Source: Lytechinus pictus
Taxonomy: Eukaryota
NCBI RefSeq assembly: GCF_037042905.1
Contig: NC_087250.1
Location: forward strand, 14,262,001-14,326,000
Direction of reading: 5' to 3'
DNA: 64,000 nt
Positions within the stretch are counted from its first letter, which is position 1; each line of letters begins with the position of its first letter. The position numbers and the translations under genes are program-made. The notes beneath the pieces are model-generated. The model was given only the letters and a program-made list of their open reading frames with translations. It did no database searches and was not told where the DNA came from. Below, piece after piece: positions 12,832 through 25,524 of the stretch.

Positions 12832-14336
12832 CACAGTGGGCCAGAATGAACCCAAAGTGCGCCAAAACCCATTATTCACACATTTGTATGATTAAATTTG
12901 GTAGATAGGGGTAATTTCACCCGTAGAATTCAATAAAAGTATTTTCAAATATTGATGACGTCGTTAAAATACTGTTTTCTGATTGGCTGTTAACATTTGA
13001 GCAGAAATTACATGTTTCTAATTCTACAATAAGTTTCAAATTTTCAGAAACTAGTTTTAGATAAATTTCAGCAATAATTAAGCATATCAGCAAACAGCAA
13101 ACACACAAACAGTCAACCAAACCAGAAAAGTCTGTGCTCGGGGTACAAATAATTCAATTGGTGACCTGAGTATCGCTTAAAGAGGGCGTCCTACCATGAA
13201 TCCGGAATTGTAAAATTCAAAGTAAAATTGTTTAAAAAAAATGAAAAGGAGTATTTTTATTCCCTGTGTACAATGATTAACCATACCTACATGAATTAAA
13301 ATGGATTGATACCAGAAGTGGACAGTAAAATCTATAAAATAATGATTCCAGTGATTAGAGGCCGGGTCCTCTGCAGGTTAATCAGTACAAGGCCCTACAA
13401 GGCCTACCAAGAACGGCGTATACAAAGTTATTCCGAATCAGAGTCTCTATCTACTATCTCAACAACTATTGTGTCTTTGGTGAGAAGATCTTTTTAGCAT
13501 ACTTTGAACATCAGGGGGAAGAGGCTGTGATTGTTGTACTCTTAAAAACTTGCTCCTAATCACAATGTCACCTGTTACCATTAGCATGTGGAATACATAT
13601 AAAGTCAATGAGAGTCATAAACCAAACAATCATTGAAATAATAATATACACTTCCTTCTTGATCGATACCAACAATTATAGCAAATTTAGAATGAGCCAA
13701 GAGATAAACGAATTCATACGTGTATGTGAAGTTACAAACCCTTTTGGGGGATAAATACTAATAATGATAATGCAATTTATACATGTAACAGAGGCCACGT
13801 ATATCCCATCTGTGTCCTATACACATTTTCATATTTTGTCAGAAAACTGCGAGAGACCTATCACATCCCTAGTCATGTGTGTTATAGCGATATACAGTAG
13901 CCTCTACTTGGTTTATGAACAACAAACCAAATATATAATCTTACCCGGGAATCTTACCTTAAGAATTAATCTTCTCAGTATGACAGCATATCAAATATGG
14001 AACACGGGATGGTATATTTGAGTTTTGTCAGACGTGTATCAATCAGATATGATTATTTACGTCTGGGACCGACCTTTAACGTCACCATCCGAAAGACGTG
14101 ACCAGGGCTCAAACCTCGAACCTCTACATCAATTTGTAACTTCCCCGCATAGCTTGGATTACAGGCGCACGCCACAACGCCCAGGATGGAACAGTTTGGC
14201 ATCAAAATTAAGTTGCGTTACATGTATTATTATATAGTTAGTAGAATTGGAAATGAAAGCTTGCCTTTACGTATGTTTAACGAAAATATTTTAAAGGTAG
14301 ACACCAGTCACAAGAGCCACACACTTGAGCCAGCTA

Positions 14337-14369
<33 letters not shown>

Positions 14370-15013
14370 CCAGAACACGACGGGGAGTTTGATGTTTAAT
14401 GTCACCCGCAACGTTCGGCATGCACGCGCATATAATGGGACAGTAACTTGGACCGATTTTTGTGATAAATACAGCAAACATGTGGTTGAAAAATTGGTTA
14501 TATCTCCAGAAAATGCACGTATATGCAGCTAAATTTGGTATCAGTGTAAAGCATGAACTATAACAAAGACCGCCATGGTATTTACAGCGCAGCAATCGGC
14601 AGCAATTTGTAAAAGAAATGCTCATGAAAAAAAAATGCTAAAACACCCCCATTGTCAAATGGTTTCGTCCAAAATTGCCTCTGAAGGGATTTTCATTTTA
14701 TCTTGAAAATCTTTGATCACTTAAAACAATTATTCATCAAAGAGCACCGTGAATTAGAAATAAATTATGCAAACTGTTTTGTCAAAACAGTGAAATATCT
14801 AAAACGTGTCATTTACACATGCGGTAGCCGTAAATAGTCATTTTCCGGTAACATTGAATAAAAATGGGCAACTAATATTCAATTTAATGGAGAAATATTG
14901 TACGGAGGCATTCTACAGGTTCTTATCTTTGCTTAGAACAGGAAAAAAACAAAATTTGTTTCATGACCAAAAACCAGTTTTGGCGCACTTTTGCTCTCTC
15001 CTGGCCCACTGTG
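12832..15013. mobile_element. Transib-type non-autonomous element with RSS-like TIRs
   Basis: Both ends start CACAGTGGGCCAG and share AAAGTGCGCCAAAAC; perfect 5-bp GC-rich TSD CGACG (12827-12831 and 15014-15018); no transposase ORF. Confidence 0.85.
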
Positions 15014-16500
15014 CGACGTTGGAAACTAGTTTGATGGAAAGATGTTGGACAATCAACAATGACACGACGTTGGCAACGTTGGAAACTTGTTAGTTGGAGA
15101 GTTGTTGGACAGTCGACAATGTCACAACGTTGGAAACACGTTTGATTGGATAGTTGTTGAACAGCCAGCAAAGGCACAACGTTGGCATCGTTGGAAACTA
15201 GTTCGCTGGAAAGTTGTTGAACAACCGACAATGGCACAACGTTGACAAAGTTGGAAACTAGTTTGTTGGAGATTTGTTGGACGGTCGACAATGTCACAAC
15301 GTTGGAAACACGTTTGATTGGATAGTTGTTGAACAGCCAGCAAAGGCACAACGTTGGCAACGTTGGAAACTAGTTCGCTGGAAAGTTGTTGAACAACCGA
15401 CAATGGCACAACGTTGACAAAGTTGGAAACTAGTTTGTTGGAGATTAGTTGGACGGTCGACAATGGCACAACGTTGGAGACTAGTAAGTTGGAGAGTTGT
15501 TGGACAGTCGACAATGTCACAACGTTGGAGACACGTTTGATTGGATAGTTGTTGACAGCCAGCAAAGGCACAACGTTGGCAACGTTGGAAACTAGTTCGT
15601 TGGAAAGTTGTTGAACAATCAACAATGACACGACGTAGGCAATGTTGGAAACTTGTTAGTTGGAGAGTTGTTGGACAGTCGACAATGGCACAACGATGGA
15701 AACTAGTAGGTTGGAGATTAGTTGAATAGTCGACGATGACACAAGGTTGGCAACGTTGGAAACTAGTTCGATGGAAAGTCATTGAACAACCAACTATGGC
15801 ACAACGTTGTCAAAGCTAGAAACTAGTTCGATGGAGATTTGTAAGATAGTCGACGATGGCACAACATTGGAAACTGGTAGATTGGAGATTAGTTAGATAG
15901 TATACAATGACACAACGTTGATAAAGCTGGAAACTAGTTAGATGGGAGGTTGTTGAACAACTGACACTGGCACAACGTTGGAAACTGGTAGATTGGAGAT
16001 CAGTACGATAGTCGACGATGACACAATGTTGGCAACGTTGGAAAGTTGTTGACAATGGCACAACATTGGAAACTAGTATGTTGGAGATTTGTTGGACACG
16101 GCCAACAACGTCACAACGTTGGAAACGCGTGTTTGATTGGATAGGTGTTGAACAGCCAACAAAGGCACAGCGTTGACTGCGTCGGAAACTAGTTCGATGG
16201 AGAGTTGCTGAACAACCGACAAAGGAACAACGTTGGAAACTATTTTCTTGGAGATTTGTTGGACAGTCGACAATGGCACAACGTTGACAAAGTTGGAAAC
16301 TAGTTTGATGGAGAGTTGTTGAACAACGGACAATGGCACAACGTGGACAGCAGCGTAATTGGAATAGTTTATTGGAGAGTTGCTGACAGTTAACATTGAC
16401 ACAATGTTGGAAACTATAGTTTGTTGGATATTTGTTTGACAGTCAACATAATATCTCGGCATAATATACACAGTGTTGAGAACGTTAGAAACTGGTTCAT
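15014..16500 (+). repeat. Tandem array of ~43-55-bp units (CACAACGTTGGAAACTAGTT...GTCGACAATG)
   Basis: Roughly 30 units with higher-order blocks; source of the repetitive minus-strand ORFs in 14923-16471. Confidence 0.9.
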
Positions 16501-17457
16501 TGGAGAATTGATAATGATATACAGACGACTACTCGCATAATTTCCAATTGGGCCAAGGGGGGGGGGTCGATCAAGTAAGTTTGCTTGTCTATCCATGTCA
16601 CCCTTGGTATCCCCCAGCAATAAGGGGAAAAGAAATCGAGAGAGAAGGAAAATAATGGGAAGGGAAAGAGGAACTAAAACTAAGTCTAAGGGGAAAACAA
16701 AAATAAAGATGGGGTGGAATAGAGAGGCTGCATGCACCAGGGGATGCAAATGCGTCGATTAATGTAAAAATAAAGGAGAAAAACAAGAAAAAAAATGTAG
16801 TTCAAGACCAGAATTTCCAGAAACGCCCTCGTCCTTTGCAGCTGGCTAGGCCTTTCACAGTACGTACGAGATATGTCATAGGCCTACCGCCACATAACTA
16901 GAAGAAATTGAAGAAGGAAATACAAGCATCAAATGTGCCTATTTAAAAATACCATACTATTCTGATGCGCAGAATTAGTCGCGACGTCGGACTCCTTCTG
17001 TCATGTGTGTGTAGTCTGCTTCCTTCAATTTTGAACTTGAAGAATGTGGCAGAATTTGGACTGGATAGTGGATATAGACAATTAAATTCCAGAATATCTA
17101 GTGATCTGGAACAGTACTTATAAGCTGCATATTTAGGACCTACAATCTATAGTGGACTTTTCTTTGCACTTGCAGATAATTGGTAACTGCAACCATTGAT
17201 CCCCTCCGAAAGATCCCGGAGTCAGCTTCTGTGCGCGTACAGTCCGACGCTAGTATATTGATGTAAGTAGTAGTAAAGTAGTACTTAACACCAGTCACTG
17301 CACAGTATAACATACTAACTAACCTCGTAATTAGCTTGTGTGAGTGACTAATACTAACCTCGCAATACGTGTGAGTGGGAACGAGTATGCGATACCAAGG
17401 GCATGGCAACAGTCATTGGATGATTTTCAAGTACAGTGTTGAAATCTGGTGTTGGTG

Positions 17458-18090
17458 TAACCCAGGCCAGGCCCAGGGAGCTCCGGCCCGCACAGCGGGC
17501 CGGAGCCCAGGAGCTTACCGTGTAATTCACCATACCCACGGTAGTAGCGTGAAGTATGGTCTAAATAATTATCCGAATAAATAGTTAAAACAGAAATTAA
17601 GCACTTACCACGATTATATGGATGAAGGTCTAACGAGTGGCAGCTTCCTGACATGGAGGCACAGACTGGAACCTCAAAAAACGAAAAGTTCTGTCGCGGT
17701 AGCTCTCCTCTTTCAGAATTCAAAACAAAATGGCCGATTGAGACCGAGGCTAATAGCACCAGCGCATATAGACTTTGTCAAATTCGCGCATGCGCCCTAC
17801 ACCCTCGGTACCGGTCTCGAACGGCCATTTTGCTATGAATTCTGAAAGAAGGAGAGCTACCGCGACAGAACTTTTAGTTTTTTGAGGTTCCAGTCTGTGC
17901 CTCGATGTCAGGAAGCTGCCACTCGTTAGACCTTCATCCATATAATCGTGGTAAGTGCTTAATTTCTGTTTTAACTATTTATTCGGATAATTATTTAGAC
18001 CATACTTCACGCTACTACCGTGGGTATGGTGAATTACATGGTAAGTCCCTGGGCTCCGGCCTGCTGAGAGGGCCGGAGCTCCCTGGGTTA
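17458..18090. mobile_element. MULE/Foldback-like palindromic MITE
   Basis: TAACCCAGG...CCTGGGTTA, ~285-bp near-perfect arms, 9-bp TSD GTGTTGGTG (17449-17457 and 18091-18099). Confidence 0.85.
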
Positions 18091-20929
18091 GTGTTGGTGT
18101 TGTGACAACACCGTACTTGAATCAGGCTGGTGTTGAGATTGACCTCGGAAAATATGGTGTATTTCCGGCAGTTTGTGTTGAAGGCTGGTGTTGATTGTCA
18201 TCTGCTGAACCCAACACTGCACTGTGGCTGCATGGTGTCGATGATCTACAAGCAATTTCCCCATTCAGCAACACCGACCCCCAGGGATTGGGAGAATCGT
18301 GATTTAAAGTTCAGTGTTGGTGTTGATGAACTGTACCTCACGAACAGGGGGCGAACACGACGAACCATCTCCGTAAAATAATCTTTTACATTTAAGATGA
18401 GAGCAAATCATTAGAGTTTTAATACATTTCAATGAAAAATAATATTACGCTTGGTGTTGGAGCTCAGTTCAGCAGCCCTTTCACGCTCTCAACACCGTAC
18501 ACCATACCTGAAATCACCCAATGACTTGCTACCTGGCATTCCTGCCTTATTTATTATACGCTGCCTTGAATTGACCTGGTCGGTCCTGCCTGACCTAGCC
18601 TGGACCGAGTGTTTTCCAACTGCAGTCAAACCTGTAGTTGCTATGTGAGGCATGCTACACTTGACGCTGAAATATCATTTAATAGTTATGGCACGAGCGA
18701 GACTAGGCCATGGCCATGCATATTGAGATATCAGTTGACTTCTATCTTAATCAAAAAGAGGCACTCTTTAGTTACAGTAGGCAGTAGCTACGTTACTCTG
18801 AGTGAGGCCAAGTTACGCGACCTCCTTTTTAGATTTTGTAAATACTGAGAGACTGCAATTACACATGTGAGTTTTTGTGATGATTACTGACGTTGCAATT
18901 GGCATTGCATACCGAGTCATTAAACAATTGTAGACAGAAACAGAGATTGCAACTCGCAAGAAAATGTAATACATCTTAATTCTTATTACATATGCATATG
19001 TTTTTTGGTATTAGTCTTGTTTGAGAAAAAGAGGATGTCAAAAAAGTTTGAATGCTACAAAGGCCTCAATAAATATCACACGTAATTATCTTGATTCCTC
19101 TTAATTATGTGAAGAGACTTGTAACAGAAAGAATGAAAAGAAATGAATAGCTCTAATAATAGTTGTAATGTTTTTTGATAGAATCATGAACAGGTGACAG
19201 ATGATGATGGCACAGTGCTGAAAACTGTTTGATGGAGATGGCGCATCGTTGGATTTGTTTGAAATTAGACCAACAAAGAATCAACGTTATAACAACATTT
19301 AACCGATATTAGATGAACATTGAATCAACGTTTACGCCAACGTTGGACTAACATTGGACTAAAGTTGAATCAACTTTCCATCAACATTGGACCAACATTA
19401 TACCAACGTTGGATCAACGTCACCCAACGTTGGACCAACATTGGACCAACGCTGCCATACCTGCCTCATCTGGACAATGATTATGCACTCATGAATATTC
19501 ATTACATCAGTAAATGACCAAATTTTTTGGAAATATTGCTATAATAATTAGAGTATTTATGTTAATTCAATATTTCCACCATGAAAAGTTTCAGAAAAGT
19601 ATGTGGCTCCATTACCATATCATTTATAATCAAAACATATTATTCTAAGTGAAATATTCAAGGTTAAGTGTGGAAAATTATATTAACTGTATTCTGCCAA
19701 GTATAGCAAAGTTGCTCTATATATAGGAGTCAATGACGGGATACAGTGGATAGGTGTAGGATGATAGGAATAGGATATAGGATTAGGATGTAGGATTTTA
19801 AGATAGGATAAGACATGATGATAAAGATTAGAATGTAGAGTTGTAATGGTGGACTTCACCTTGAAACCAATTAATGTTTTGTTAATTACTGCCATACGTT
19901 GGAATAACGTTGGAGCAACGTTGTGACAACGTTGTAACAATGTTGGAGCAATGTTACCAGACAACGTTGAAGCATTGTTGCTGGACAGCGTTGAACCAAC
20001 GTTGTAAACATAGTTGGACTGACGATGTATGCAAGTGCACGTCCATCGCTGCTTCAACGTTGCCCATCAACGTTGCAGCAACGCTGTTATTGATGACTCA
20101 GCCGACATTATACCAACGTTGGAGCATTGATGGTGGACAACGTTGAACTGACGTTGGAAATGTTGTTGGTCTGACGATGTATGGACATGCACTTCTATCG
20201 ATGATGCAACGTTGCTTACCAACGTTGTAGCAATGTTGTATTTGACTATTTAGCCAACATTGGATCAACGTTGCCAGACAACGTTGAAACATTGTTGCTG
20301 GACAACGTTGAACTGACGTTGAAAATGTTGTTGGTCTGACGATGTATGCGCGTGCACTTCTATCGATGATGCAACGTTGGCCTGCCAACGTTGAGGCAAC
20401 GTTGGGAAAAAATTTCCCAACGTTGATCCAACGTTGGTCCAACGCTGTATTGTTACCTGGGTATGGTATCATTCTGAGGGATTTACATATTTTGAATAAT
20501 AGTACGGCCATAAATATACTTTTAATCATTTCCTCTTTGCAAGTTCTCCGGCTCGCAGATACAACTTCAACTGCAATTTATTCCATTATGACTTGTTTCG
20601 CCACGGACACAGTCCCGAAAGAAAACAAGACATTAAAGTCGTCTAAAATCGCTACGAAGAAGAACAGTTTTAACAATGTAGGGACATGTTATTGACTATA
20701 TGACTTTGAATACTTTTGTTTTGTCTTGTCTTCTATGTCTTGTCATCCCCTCTCTCTCTTTCTGTTTTTTTTTTCTTTCCTTTCTTCTGTCTTGCGCAAC
20801 ACATCCTTTACTACGAAGACCTCTTTGTGTGAAAAGCTTTGCATTAGTTCAGTAATTATATTTGCATCCGTATGATTCCTTTTGTTCTCTCTTTCTTTCC
20901 TGTAATACATATATGTACGCATATCAGAA

Positions 20930-21165
20930 TAAGTCTACTATACTTTCTTAATTTCCAAGGGGGATCCACACTTTACAAGCTTTGCTTTTTAGTGGATCCC
21001 CTTTATTTCCATTTTTACTCTATATTATACTGTTTTTTTCTGTGTTTTTTTTTTACGAAGTAAGAATGCCCTTCTGTAAAATTGTACTTGATTTGTATTA
21101 CTTTATATTACTTTGTATTATGTTTTGAATGGAAATGAAATAAAAAGAATTGAATTGAATTGAAA
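20930..21165 (+). mobile_element. LINE 3'-end fragment
   Basis: Hairpin ggggatccac...gtggatcccc, AATAAA, then (GAATT)n tail. Confidence 0.5.
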
Positions 21166-22542
21166 AATTGAATAATTATTTCTTCCTTTCAATATCGTTC
21201 ACATAAAATCAATAGCGATAAAATGAAGTTTTGACACAAAAGTAAATATGAAGGCGTACGTGCATAGTACACAAAGCGGCACTGCCTTGTTTACTACACC
21301 GGGGCCGAATACCCCCGGTGACGTCACACTCAGAGAACACCCGTCTCGGTAGGCATTGCAGGAGCGAACTCAGGGAAAATGGGTAGGGATAAATCGTTCA
21401 AATTCACTATTTTGAAAAAAAGAAAATGGGGGGTCTAATCACCTCTTAGTGTTTGGGGGGGGGGGGTTGTAAGGTTGCTATTAATGTAAATATATCAATA
21501 TTTGAAATCGTCTTCTTAATTCAATTTTAAGTGATTTTCCATTACACTTGATCACTGCATGACTGCAATCACCGTCCGTGCCTATGGTGAATATACATGA
21601 AGATCTTTGCAGTACACAACACACATTAAAAACAGTAAAAAATAAATATTTATTCCCATACAGTTGTGATTTATTTCCCTTACTAACCTAGTAAATGCAA
21701 GAAAATTGTCGTTCAACAATCTCTAGACTCTATTTATAATTTAGAAAAAAAAATAATGAAAAGAATTCAATTTACTTAAGAGCAAGGTTATCATCATGAA
21801 TAGTTGTAACTGACAGTGTTAAAAAAAACAAGCATTTGTCCTCAAAAACGTGAGAAAATAAGCCAACCATTGCCACCCTTATTTTACCACACAGGGAGTT
21901 CTAACAGAAAAGGTTACATCATATTGTTCATCATTTAGTGGTTCAATAGACTCTTGACCTACAATTAGGCACTCCCACAAAATAATAAACATCAATTCTA
22001 CAATAATACCGTAAAACATTAGATATATAAACATTATTTTCAAAGACATCCCTCAAAACTTACCAAGAAATTCCCTATATAGTTAAAAGCAACGCTTAAA
22101 TACTCAATAAAAAATGAGCTGGAAATGCATGTAGATGCGCTGTACACTGCTGTGGGCCAGTGGCTAACAAAGGGCACGAGACTACGTTTATGCTGCTTTG
22201 TTACCGGTTTCATGAGCCTTATTACAACAAGAAGGCTACAGATATTCGTTCGACCCAACCAATTCGATTTTTTTTTTTTTTCAATTTGATATTGCTGATT
22301 GACAAAAGTGTATGAATATAATTGAAAATCTAACACTGATTCTAGAAATGGTAACTACTGAACTTCCTTTGCCCACATTGGAAAGACATATCAATGGCTT
22401 TGGAACTATTTTTGACTGGCGGAAGAATTAGGGCTATTTTACTGTTTGAGTTGACAGTTGCGATCCCATCACAGCTATCTTCATAAATGGCGATCTATTT
22501 TTAAAATGAGCTGGCTATGATACCCTTCTCTGGTCAGATATA

Positions 22543-23532
22543 CAGTGCGTATCAAAAAAAGTTTACACTTAGAAAAAATCCTATAAAATTATACATTTGT
22601 AATATCCTGAAAATTTTTCCACATTTTAACATTGGTACAGATCAACTTAAGCAAATGGCGATATAACTGTCGAAAAATATTTCCGCTTGAGTGAGCACCA
22701 ATTACTTTTGAAAAGTTAGTGAAAAATGATTTGCGCAGAGCTTTGAAATAGTTATGCGAATAAAAGTAGACCTTATAAGGTCTAATCATGAAGAACACGA
22801 GGAATTTAGCTAGTAACTTTGATTTAAAGATATCTTTTACATTTTTAACTTGTTTCCTTGCCCAAAACATTTCGAAGAGTGCATTGCGCCCCACCCCACT
22901 CCCCCACACACCGAGGCCATCGTGACGATATTTGCTTTACACTGAGCTGTGATTTACATGAAATGACTTAGGCTTGATTTTCATTTTGTTAATCATTGTC
23001 AAGCTTGGGAAAAGTGTGGAGAAACAAGTATTAAATGAAAAATGAAATTTAAACTCACTTTAAATGATGAAAACGTTATGAAAAAATGCTGGAGATGTCT
23101 GAAATAAAATTTTGTTTAGATTCAGTTATGTCCTCAGATCCAGCTGGCACAAAAAGGGTAAATGTTGTGCTTACTAAGTGTTGAAATTTCAATTTGAGTG
23201 GCAAAAGTTGTTACAAAATGCTTGATTGTATCCGTTTTATTTCAATTGACTAAAAGTGTAAGGGAAATGTATGAGATATGATTCGCAGGGTTTGATTTCG
23301 CCCTTTCCCCTTGACAGAGCGTGAAAACGAGCATTTCTGCGCAAACAGATTTCTGCGAGCTTTACAAAAATGGACAGTGCTCACTCAAGGGTAACAATCT
23401 TACAAAACTTTTACTTTCATTGGATAGATGAGACCCAACTCCAAGATTATATGTGAAAAAAATACCCACATGTTGTATATTTTTTAATTCCCAGGGCTTT
23501 TTCAAAGTGTATACTTTTTTTGATACGCACTG
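22543..23532. mobile_element. Tc1/mariner-like MITE
   Basis: TA-CAGTGCGTATCAAAAAAAGTTTACACTT ... AAGTGTATACTTTTTTTGATACGCACTG-TA; a fragment of the same family lies at ~33163-33285. Confidence 0.9.
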
Positions 23533-24543
23533 TAGAATGTCAGATATATCTCCTATCCAACGGTAGTAAACATTTGACCCTCTAATTTCACGTTTATTTT
23601 TAAAGAATTTTTCAAAAGTGCCATTTTTACACACAAGTCTATGGGGAATGTTTTACGCGTGTGACTAATCCCGCAGAATATCCGTGGAAATATGTCACAT
23701 TGTTAGAAAATCAACTCGGCTGAGAGAAAATGTGAATACGCCCCCAAAAACAATACACTGAAAACGTAAAAGAATAACGTGGGGAAAACCCACGCATTGA
23801 CTAATTGGTTCACAGTTGTGCACGGCAGCACAATCTAGCGTCCGTGGGATTGAGTACCTACTACTAACAGTTAAAATACAATTATACAATACAGTTCAAA
23901 GATAACATAATGTAGAGCAGCTCATCACATACACGTTCCATATAATGCATTAAGATAAAACAAGGTACATGTAAACTTATCATTACAGTGGAAAAATACA
24001 AAAAATGTGTTCTAAAAATAATGAAAAGCTTGTGAGGCACACCTAAAAAAATACTATTTAAAGGCATGTAGGCAAGGTAGCCTCAAGTAGAGAGGATAGC
24101 TATAGATAAATGAGAAGAACGCAAGGTTTGAGCAATAGGCCTGAAAAGGGGGTCAAGTAAAGAGAAGAGTCAGAAGGGATAAAAGGAAAGGAATGGGAAA
24201 GAAAAGAAGAAAATATGAGCAAGGGAGACTGGATAAAATATACAAGCATATAATAAAAGGAGAGATTCCTTAAGGCATGACAAACCCAACAAAAAGAGAA
24301 CTAAATAATGCAGGGATATATCCCTGATAAATGGATACTCCTGATACAATGTACAGTAATTCAGTATAATCGAGTTTGAACAGAGTCTGTTTGATTTCAG
24401 GAATGGGGTGCATAGATCAATGTAGTGAGAATGAACGGCTGTAGAAAACATGTCAAAAATATGTGGTAGAATTTATTCGTGGTAATGGTTCATGAATAAC
24501 GTCGTTTGGTATTTATCAATGTCAGGAAATCCTCAAATATTAA

Positions 24544-25070
24544 AGGACAGTTCCCCCCCCCCAAAAAAAAAAAAATGATTTGAATAAAAAAAAAATCCAA
24601 CAAGCAGAACACTGGAAATGTCATCAAAATCAGATGTAAAATAAGAAAGTTACGACCTTTTAAAGTTTCACTTAATTTCACAAAACAGTATATGCACATC
24701 ATCCACCCAGTATTTCTTTTGTTTTTTATCATATGAAATATTCTACTTTTCTCCTCATTGTCGAGTGAAACTACGATTAATTCCCCCCTGAACATGTGGA
24801 ATCGGCATTCTTAATACTGCATGGTTCAGTCAAGCTGGTCCCATTGTCAAATTAAAAAATGAAATATTGTATAATTCAAACAATAAAAAAAACAAAAATG
24901 AGTGATTGACATCATCAACTGAAATTTTGTATGTCAATGAGTTGTGCATATCTCTTTTTTGTGAATTTTTTTTATTTTACATCCGATTTTGATGAAATTT
25001 TCAGAGTTATGCTAGTTGGATTTTTCTCTATTTATTCAAATCAACATTTTCATGGGCTGGACTTGACCCT
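24544..25070. mobile_element. Kolobok-like MITE
   Basis: TTAA-AGGACAGTTCCCC ... GGCTGGACTTGACCCT(aa); internal aaaatcagatgtaaaa / ttttacatccgatttt arms. Confidence 0.75.
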
Positions 25071-25524
25071 AACGCTAGTTAAATAAAGGGGGTATGTAAA
25101 CATGGAAGTCTGCATGCGTGATTGCGGATGACGTTCTTCCAAGGAGGATCAGTGTATGGTTCAAAGCTGTGGAAAATTCTATTTCCCATAATGTATCCAT
25201 AATAAGTATAACAAAAGCAAAGTAGGCATGGAGTGTTTGCATGAGACAATTTATAAAGAGTGCCACAATATCTAGACAAAACTATATTGTGCCTTTTCTA
25301 ACTTCGGTTCTGATCAATAATCACACCAAGAAATTAGTACAATTGACTGTCTCAACAGGATTCGAGTTAAGATGTATATAATTACTGTTTATTTATTCTT
25401 GATTGAGGCCCGAATTTATGGGGTTTATATTACTTGAGAGTTTTTTTTTTCTTGCAACCATTCTATTAAATTACTAAAATTGCTGTTAATATCTTCTATC
25501 AGTTTTCAGAGTCTTTGTTACTAA

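Larger units (their letters stand above)
12742..20461. mobile_element. EnSpm/CMC-like non-autonomous DNA transposon with AACGTT arrays
   Basis: TA-CCCAGGTAACA ... TGTTACCTGGG-TA; CAACGTTG repeats are dense near both ends (12755-12830 continuing 15014-16500; 19250-19450; 19900-20450). Confidence 0.8.
11755..21405. mobile_element. Old outer element with imperfect inverted ends that hosts the 12742-20461 nest
   Basis: gagtgtgacgtcaccggggg (~11833) is inverted at cccccggtgacgtcacactc (~21312); aatttaaacgattt pairs with aaatcgttcaaatt. Boundaries are approximate. Confidence 0.45.

Noticed and set aside
13100..14800. Transposase or RAG-like coding remnants inside the Transib-type element
   Set aside because: None of the short ORFs shows recognisable RAG1/Transib motifs by eye; treated as non-autonomous pending a translated search.
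15014..16500. CRISPR-like look of regularly spaced palindromic repeats, and overlapping 130-170-aa ORFs
   Set aside because: The intervening sequences are themselves repeats rather than unique spacers, there are no cas genes, and the context is eukaryotic. The ORFs are translations of the tandem array.
22040..22336. Possible GPCR TM6-TM7-like remnant (..AFNYIGNFLV)
   Set aside because: The resemblance is too weak and the ORF includes a poly-A run; it would need a profile search.
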